Of a stretch of DNA of 64,000 nt, positions 55,610 to 64,000 are shown piece after piece (positions within the stretch are counted from its first letter, which is position 1; each line of letters begins with the position of its first letter). The position numbers were made by a program, and so were the translations under genes. The notes beneath the pieces were generated by a model, which saw only the letters and a list, made by a program, of their open reading frames with translations, was not told the DNA's origin and did no database searches. The DNA comes from the human T2T-CHM13v2.0 reference genome, Homo sapiens: the NCBI RefSeq assembly GCF_009914755.1, contig NC_060932.1; one strand, 5' to 3'.

Positions 55610-56770
55610 TTTTGTTTCATTTATTCATCTATTCAACAAATATTTTGAAGACGTGCTGGTGATATAATTTGGAATACAAAAATATGATGTCCCTGAGATT
55701 GTTCTTTGGCATCTTGGAAAATAGTCCTATGTAGAAAGCAACATCCTTCATACTTTCAGTTCTTAAGTATTCATCAAGCACCTATTATGTCCCAGGCACT
55801 GGGGATATAGCAGTAAGACAAAGCCCCTACCCTTTGAAACTTATATTCCTTCAGGAAGACCAAGCACTGAACAACCCATTTGAGGTAATACTCTCCCCTT
55901 TGGCCCGGATTCTGATTCAGCTGCTCTTTATTTATTATCTCCATATTATGTGAAATTATCTTGCCTTTTTGCTCATTTGCTTATTGTCTGTCTCCCCTCA
56001 TGACAAATGTAGCTCTAAAAGAGCAGAAACTTCGTCTTTCCTATTGCTGAATGTCCATCACTGAGAATAGTGTTTGATCCAACAGTAGATGCTTAATAAA
56101 TGTTCGTTCTTATTTAATTATAGTTATGGTAATGCTAGGAAGTGTATTTCTGGAGATTTTGAATTAGTATGGACAATCAGGAATACTCCTTTAAGGAAAT
56201 ATGGATTGAGTTGAACTTTGAAGGAGTAAGCAGCAACTAAATGGAGCAAAGAGTATATATTCTAGGCAGAGGGATCAGGTCAAAGAATGGAACATTAGAA
56301 TGTGTGATATAAAATTGATATATCTGGAGTTCAAGAGTAGGAGAGTATATTAGGTGAGTCTAGAGAGGTAGGAGAGGGCAGGATAGTCAGGGATTAGGAG
56401 GCTATATAGGGATTTGGAGTTTTATCCTAAGAGCATTGGGAAGTTATTAAAGAACTACAAACAGGAAATCAATCTGTTGTTCTGTGGATGGGAGAGAGAC
56501 TACTGAGTGGATAGTGCAACCATTCATGGTCTTGAAGATTAGGTGTTCAGTCTGGGAAATCTTTGATTCAAAGTACCTGTGAAACATCCATTTGGAGGTA
56601 TTAAGTAGACAATTGGCTATACATATTTTTGGGTTCAGAGAAGGAGGTCTGAAATGAATACACTCATTTGAGTGACAACACTGTGAATGGTGTTTGAAGT
56701 CAAGAGGACTGATGAAATTGTCTAGGGGGAGAGTGTAGAGTAACAAAAACAGAGGGCTTCATTCAGGCTA
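55610..56770 (-). mobile_element. L2 remnants
   Basis: attcaacaaatatttt; caagcacctattatgtcccaggcactggggatatagcag; gtacctgtgaaacatccatttggagg; a short opposite-strand L2 3' piece lies at ~55890-56110. Confidence 0.65.
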
Positions 56771-58899
56771 ATCTTTGAGGAACTTCCTCTTTTAAAGATG
56801 ATAAAGAAGGGTGAACAGGAAAGAATCTTAAAAGCAGAAAAGTTTAAACTAAACTATCTATGCTTATTTATATGGCCTTTCTGAGTGGTTTTATTGTCAA
56901 TTGCCCAAGCATATCTCTCTAATAAGACTCTATTTAATTTACCATATTTTAATCACTTATTTTCTTGTCGTTTTCTTCTATTGTCCTTGAGAGTAGAGAT
57001 TTTGTTCTTTAAAATCATGCTTGAAACCCTAGTGCCTAGCATGCTTCCAGCTTAATAGGCATGAAATATATCTGTTATTGAGTGGGAATACAGAGCTTTC
57101 TTAGGAAAGATGAGCAAGAGCGGAAAGCAGATTTTTCCTCACAGCCTCTTCTATGTGGGACACCATAAACATTTTATTTTAAGCCTTTTGTCTATAACTG
57201 TGAAATGGTGATTTAGGTATCAGGAAGCAGATGGGAAACTTTTTGAGGGGTAGAGGCATTTAAATTCTGCATCTGTGGTTTCTTTGCATGGATTTGCTCC
57301 TACCCCTAGACCTGTGGCTGCTAAAAGTTATTTCCAGAAGCTGTTGCAGCCAAGAGTCTGGTGTCTACTTCATCACTTTGGAGGTTGGCCTGCCTAGGTC
57401 TCCCAATAGTCCCTTTCCTTCTATTCCCTCTCTCTTGACTATCTGTTTCCCATTTCCTCTAACTTTATCCCAATTCCTCTTTGTCCAAAGAATCCCAGGG
57501 CATGTTTCATAATTATAGGCATTATTTTACTCAGGATTTATTAACATTTTGTACAGTTATCACCTTTCCCCATTTTTCCATTATGAAATACATTTTTTTA
57601 TCTCATATAATTTTTACCTTTGATAATGAAGTGTGTATATTCTCTTTGATAATGGATCTAATGATAATGTGACCAGTGTGTGAAGATCAGTGGGCCTTCC
57701 TCTCCTCCCAGTTACTCCACATTCTGGCTAGGTGCCTCTGCTACTAATAGCTTAGCCTGCTGTTCCCATGTTTGAGGATTGATTCTTTTTCCTAGGCTGA
57801 GGCAAACAGTTGTAATGTTAAAGGCTTGCTGACAGCCTGTCTTTGTTGCCTGGACCGTGTTTTAATACGTGATCTTTGCTGCCTGAATTTTCTTTTTTCT
57901 AGACTACTTGATTTTTCTTGACCTGTGGAATTTTATGATTACTTGATTTGTGAATTTATCTCAAGCCCCTGGTTTTGAACCAATGACTCTATTATTTTAA
58001 GCCAGGTGTATTGTTTTTTTAGCCTGTGTCTATTATACTGTGTGTTGCTTCTTATATTCCCTATATCTAAGTAACTTGGCTGACTGGGCATTTTGTTAAC
58101 TTTGGGGAGGAAAAGCATCAACATGACCTGCATAGGGCTGGAGAAGAGTGCAGTTAGCCCTTGAGGGTTGGGGGTGAATGTGTTAAGGGTATTAAGGGTG
58201 GGGAGATACTGCTAAGTTGGAGAAAAACTTTCAGCGAATTTCACTGATTTCAAATCAAGCTGAATTTGAAGTTCTTGTCTACATGAGTGAACAATTTTTA
58301 AAACATTTGAAGGCATGCATTTAAAGTGACAGCTTAATGTTAAAATGGGAAGTTATGATTCATAAGCAGTAGTAAAATTTTGAATAACATGACTTTATTC
58401 ATTGACAGTAACTGCTTTACATTTTCCGGTTTCATTATATCAGTACTGTGAATAAAATCCAGAAAAGTTATAGAGGAGGAAATGACTTTGAGTTTTTATT
58501 CAATAGTCATTACTTACGTCTTTCCACATTTTTTTGCAAATTTTAAGTTTCAGTAATGATCTTGCTATTCAAATTTTCTATTTCTTACAACCATAATCTT
58601 CTAGAATAGCCACAAAGGTAGGAGTAAGCTGAAGTAAAAAGCCTGTAGGTCAGTGTAAATGCCTTTCATAAAGCCCACAGCTTGATTCAGTAAAACCCAG
58701 ATTGACGTCTCTTTTCTTATGATAGGCCCAGAATTTATTTGATTTAGTTATATCTATGACATTTTATTTATTTTCTCCTGGCAACATATAGTTTCCACTT
58801 TTGATCTAGGGGAAAAAAAGGAGGCTTATAGCTGTAAAAATAGCCCTGTACAAAGTAATAGACCCTAAAGTATAACTGTGCAGAGACAATGAAGAAACA

Positions 58900-59100
58900 G
58901 ATCACTGTTGCTTAGTAGGAATTTCTGCAATGACAGAAGTTTTTCTATGCACTGCCCAATACAGTGGTCACTAGCCACAAGGAGCTGATGAGCACTGGAA
59001 ATGTGGCTATTGAACCTAAGATACTGAAATTTAATTTTAATTTCAATTTAACTAACTTAGTCACATGTGGATAGGAGCTACTACACTGGCCTAGTGCAAG
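58900..59100. mobile_element. MER3-like hAT-Charlie MITE
   Basis: tttctgcaatgacagaag...cactagccaca...gagcactggaaatgtggcta...gtcacatgtgg. Confidence 0.7.
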
Positions 59101-59109
59101 TATCTACTT

Positions 59110-59300
59110 CAAGCTTGTCCAACCTGTGGCCCAGGACAGCTTTGAATGCCCACACAAATTCGTTAACTTTCTTAAAACATTATGAGATTTTTTTTTTCCT
59201 AACTCATCAGCTATCCTTAGTGTTAGCATATTTTATGTGTGGCCCAAGACAATTCTTCTTCCAGTGTGGCCCAGGGAAGCCGAAAGTTGAGGCACCCCTG
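59110..59300 (-). mobile_element. MER30 hAT MITE
   Basis: caagcttgtccaacc...ggcccagggaagccgaaag...cacccctg; 8-bp flanks atctactt / atctagat. Confidence 0.88.
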
Positions 59301-59311
59301 ATCTAGATCAT

Positions 59312-60094
59312 TGTATTAACTTTCTACTGGTATTACAAAAAAATTACCATGGACTTACTGGCTTAAACAACACAATTTCATTTTAATGAATGAATGAATG
59401 AATGAATGAATGATTTTTTTTTTTGGCTTAGGACAACACAGATTTATTATTTTGTAGTTCTGGGAGTCAGAAGTCCAAAATGGGTTTTACTTGGCAAAAA
59501 ATAAAGTGCCAGTAGAGCTGCATACCTTCTGGAGGCTCTAGGGGAGAATCTGTGTCCTTGCCCCTTCCAGCTTCTGAATGCTGTCTATGTTTTTGGCTTG
59601 TGGCTCTTTCCTCCATATTTAAAGGCAGCAATGACCAGTCAAGTATTGTCATATTGTGTCACTCTGACACTCAAGTTAGAAATCTAGCACTGTTCTCACT
59701 GGGCTAAAATCAAGGTGCCCTCAGGGCTGCTTTATTTTCTGGAGGATTTAGGAGAGAGTCCATTTTCTTTTCCTTTCTAGCATTTAATGGCTGCCCATAT
59801 TCCTTAGTTCATGGCCCCCTTCCTCCATCTTCCAAGCCATCAATGTTGCATCTCTCTGTCCCCTTCTTCTATAGTTCCATCTTCCTTTGCCTCTCTTCTT
59901 CTGCCTCTCCCTTACACTTATAAGGATTCTTGTGATTACACTGAGCACACCTTGATAATCCAAGATAGTCTCCTTATTTTAAAGTCAGCTGACTAGCAAT
60001 CTTAAATCCCTTTTGCTATAGAACCTAATATATCCGTAGGTTCCAAGAATTAAGACTGGATATTTTTGTGTGGGCCATTATTCTGCCTACCACA
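59312..60094 (-). mobile_element. MLT1D LTR containing a second, polyadenylated MLT1D fragment (59414-59671)
   Basis: tgtatta... start and ctgcctaccaca end; the middle segment occurs twice as diverged versions; T11 and (AATG)7 at the junction. Confidence 0.85.
59385..59412. repeat. (AATG)7 tetranucleotide microsatellite
   Basis: Perfect repeat. Confidence 0.95.
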
Positions 60095-60140
60095 GCTTCT
60101 AAATTTGGAGCCATTTAATGAAAAGACAAGGTAAGCCATA

Positions 60141-60174
<34 letters not shown>
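60141..60174. repeat. (TG)7(TA)10 compound microsatellite
   Basis: Seen directly. Confidence 0.92.
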
Positions 60175-60799
60175 CATTGTTTGTTGGGCCTATACCTATA
60201 TTTCATCCAACACAGTATAGGGTCTCAAAATAATTTAAGAACAATAGAAACTTAATTTTAAAAGAGGACTGATATGATATCTGCTCCAATCTTCTATCCC
60301 TTGTAGTTTTATTCTCTTCTATAATAGAATCTCTAGTTTATTAATTTTCTGTCATTAGTTTCCTGTGAAGGATACTCCCTACTTAACAACAAAATCAGCT
60401 GCATTGTTGTATAGCTATGGTTGTTCTAGATCATCCTATCACCTAGCCTTTACAATCACCACAGAGTAGCACGTTGGTTTCTGACTTTTGGAACAATGTT
60501 AACCTGCTTTTTCACAGAGTTACGTATCTCAATAAATGGAATTACTACCTACATAGTTGTCTCGGCAAAATCTTGGGAATTCTTCTTTATCACCCACCAT
60601 TCACCACTGTTGAATATTCTTAATATATAACTCCTAAAATATCTTTCAGATCTGTCTACTTCTTTTAAGTATTTTACTTTTCAGTTTTAGAATTTAATTT
60701 TTTTATAGTTTCAATTTATTTGCTGAGATTCTCATTTGTTTATGAATCAAGACCATGTTTTCTTTTTCTGTCATTGTTCTTTATGTATGTTCATTTTTT

Positions 60800-63134
60800 A
60801 GTTTTTAAATTTATCTATATTTAACTCATTTCCATAGCTTTTGAGGTACAAGTGGTTTTGTTTACATGAATAAATTGTACAGTAGTAAAGCCTACGATTC
60901 TAGTGTACCTGTCCCTGGACATTGTACCCAATATGTGGTTTTTTTAATCCCTCACCCCTCTCCCACCCTCTCCGCTTCTGAGTCTCCAAAATCCATTATA
61001 CCAAGCTGTATGCCTTTGCATACCTACAGCTTAGCTCCCACTTATAAGTGAGATCATACAGTATTTGGTTTTCTATTCCTGAGTTACTTTACTTGGAATA
61101 ATGGCCTCCAGCTCTGTCCATGTTGCTTCAAAGTACATTAGTTCATTCCTTTTTATGGCTGAGTTGTATTCCATGGTGTATAAATACCACATTTTCTTTA
61201 TCCGCTTATCTGTTGATGAACACTTAGGTTGGTTTTATACCTTTACAATTTTGAACCGTGCTGCGATAAACATATGCATGCAAGTGTCTTTTTGATATAA
61301 TGACTTCTTTTCCTTTGGGTAGATACCTAGTAGTGGGATTGCTGGGTATCTACTTTATTGCATACTCATTTATTCTGAGTACACATAAATGTGGTTGTGT
61401 ATTAACTTGTGAATGCAAAACCATCTCTGCATCCTTGGGATAAAACCCACTTGATCATGGTGAATTATCTTTTTGATGTGCTGTTGGATTCGATTTGCTA
61501 GTACTTTGTTGAGGATTTTTGCATTAATGTTCATCAGGAATATTGGTCTGTAGTTTTCTTTTTTTGTTCTGTTCTTTCCCGGTTTGGGTATCATGGTGAC
61601 ACTGGCTTCATAGAATGAGTTAGGGAGGATTCCCTCTTTCTCAATCTTTTGGAATAGTTTCAGTAGAATTGGTACCAATTTTTCTTAGAATGTCTGATGG
61701 ATTTCCCCTATGAATCTCTCTGGCCCTGGGCTTTTTCTTTTGTTGTTGGCAATTTTTAAAAATTACTGATTCGATGTTACTGCTTGTTATTTGTTTATTC
61801 AGGGTTTCTATTTCTTACTTATTCAAGCTAGGAGGGTTGTATATTTCTAAGAACTTATCCATTTCCTCTAGATTTTCTAGTTTATGTGCATAGAAGTGTT
61901 CATAGTAGTCTCGAAATTTTTTTTGTATTTCCGTGCTATTGGTTGTAATGTCTCCATTTTTATTTCTAATTGAGCTTATTTGAATCTTCTCTCTTCTGTT
62001 TTGTTTATATTTTTAAAGAACCAACTTTTTGGTTTATTGGTTTTTTGGTTTCAATTTCATTTAGTTATGTTCTGATCTTTGTTATTTCTTTTCTTCTGCT
62101 AGCTTTGGGTTTGGTTTGTTCTTGTTTCTCTAGTTCCTTCAGATGTGACATTAGGTTATTAATTTGTAATCTTTCAGGCTATTTGATGCAAGCATTTAGA
62201 CCTATAATTTTCCTCTTAGCACTGCTCTTGCTGTATTCTGAGGTTTTGAAACCTTGTGTCACTATTATTATTCATTTTGAATCATTTTTATATTTCCATT
62301 TTGATTTCATTGCTACCGCAAAAATCATTCAGGAGCTGATTGCTTAATTTCCATGTATTTGTGTAGTTTTGAGGGTTCCATTTGAAGTTGATTTCTAGTT
62401 TTATTCCATTGTGGTCTGAGAAGATACTTGATTTGATTTCAGTTTTAAAAAACTTAATGAGATTTGTTTTGTGGCATGTCATATGGTCTATCTTGGAGAA
62501 TGTTCCATGTGTTAATGAGAAGAATGTATATTCTGCAATTCTTGGGTAGAATATTCTGTAAATATTATTAGGTCAATTTTTTTTATAGTGTAGATTAAGT
62601 CCGGTGTTTCTTTGTTGACTTTCTGCCTCTATGATCTGTCTAGTGCTGTCAGTGGAGCATTGAAGTTCCCCACTATTATTGTGTTGCTATCTATCTGTTT
62701 TCTTAGGTCTAGTGGTAACTGTTTTATGAATGTGGGAGCTCCAGAGTTAGGTGCACATATATTTAGGATTATAATGTCTTCTTGTGACCTTTTTTGCCCC
62801 CCCTTTTTTTCTTACTATTATTGCTTTAGTCTGTTTTATCTGACATCAGAATAGCTACTCCTGCTTGCATTTAGCTTCCATTTGCATGGATTAACTTTTT
62901 CCACCCCTTTACCTTGAGTTTATTAGAACCCTTACATTTAAGGTGATCTCTTGAAGACAGCAGATATTTGGCTGTGATTTTTTTAAAATCCATTCTGCCA
63001 ATCTGTATCTTTTAAGTGGAGCGTTTAGACAATTTACATTCAATGTTAATACTGAGATGTGTGTACTGTTCAGTCATCATGTTGATGTTGCCCAGATGCT
63101 TTGCTTTCTCCACTGTGCGGTTGTTTTATAGGTC
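60800..63134 (-). mobile_element. L1PB3-like LINE with an internal ORF2 deletion
   Basis: 3' UTR atagcttttgaggtacaagtggtttt; ORF2 fragment [25 protein letters not shown]…NYRPI; interrupted by THE1 at 63135. Confidence 0.9.
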
Positions 63135-64000
63135 TGTATTAGTCTGTTCTCACACTGCTAATAAAGACATACCTGTGACTGGGTAGTTTATAAAGGAAAG
63201 AGGTTTAATTGACTCACAGTTCAGCATGGCTGGGGAGGCCTCAGGAAGCTTACAGTCATGGGAGAAGGAAAAGAAAACATGTCCTTCCTCACATGGTGGC
63301 AACAAGGAGAAGTGCTGAGGATAATAGGGAAAAACACCTTATAAAACCATCAGATCTGGTAAGAACTGACTCACTATCATAAGAACAGCAGCATGGGGGT
63401 AACTGCCCCCATGATTCAATTACTTCCCACTGGGTCCCTCCCATGACACATAGGGATTATGGGAACTATAACTCGGGATTTGTGTGGAGACACAGCCAAA
63501 CCATATCATTCTGCCTCTAGCCCCTCCCAAATCTCATGTCCACATATTTCAAAACACAATCATGCCATCCTAACAGTCCCCCAAAGTCTTAACTCATTCC
63601 AACATTAACCCAAAAGTCCAAGTCCAAAGTCTCATCTGACAAGGCAAGTCCCTTCTGCCTATTAGCCTGTAAAATTGAAAGCAAGTTAATTACTTACTAG
63701 ATACAATGGGGATACAGACATTGGGTAAATACAACTATTCCAGATGGGAGAAATTGACCAAAACAAAGGGGATACAACCCCTTTCAAGTCTGAAATCTAA
63801 TAGGGCAGTCATTAAACCTTAAAGTTACAAAATGATCTCCTTTGACTCCATGTCTCACATCCAGGTCATGCTGATGCAGAAGGTGGACATCCATGGTCTT
63901 GGGCATCTCCACCCCTGTGACTTTGCAGGGTACAGCCCCTCTCCCAGCTGCTTTCACAGCTGGTGATGAGTGTCTGTGGTTTTCTAGGCGCATGGTGTAA
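63135..64000 (-). mobile_element. THE1C-like MaLR: 3' LTR 63135-63508 plus internal sequence running off the window
   Basis: tgtattagtctgttctcac...cagccaaaccatatca, followed by antisense polypurine tract and internal sequence homologous to 33400-33896. Confidence 0.93.

Overview
This is primate (most likely human or great ape) AT-rich intronic or intergenic DNA, not microbial DNA. Most of it is transposable-element debris. Alu SINEs (J, S and Y types) are present, most with readable target-site duplications (TSDs). L1 LINEs range from old L1M types to a young L1PA2/3-like insert, and several are nested. LTR elements include a complete THE1A-like provirus with a CCAAC TSD, a THE1C-like element cut by the window edge, and MLT1, MER51 and MER74 LTRs. 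DNA transposons (Tigger2, MER47, MER82, MER3, MER30) and MIR/L2 remnants fill the rest. I find no intact protein-coding exon, RNA gene or CRISPR array; the ORF track consists of TE fragments and chance ORFs. I cannot name the locus and see no evidence of a new biological system. The best observations are mechanistic fossils: a polyadenylated MLT1D transcript copy inserted at the homologous position of another MLT1D, a clean twin-primed L1 inversion, templated micro-insertions, a tail-less Alu with TSD-like flanks, and a possible very old CR1/L3 reverse-transcriptase remnant. Subfamily names come from my recollection of consensus sequences and need a RepeatMasker/Dfam check; boundaries of old elements are approximate.
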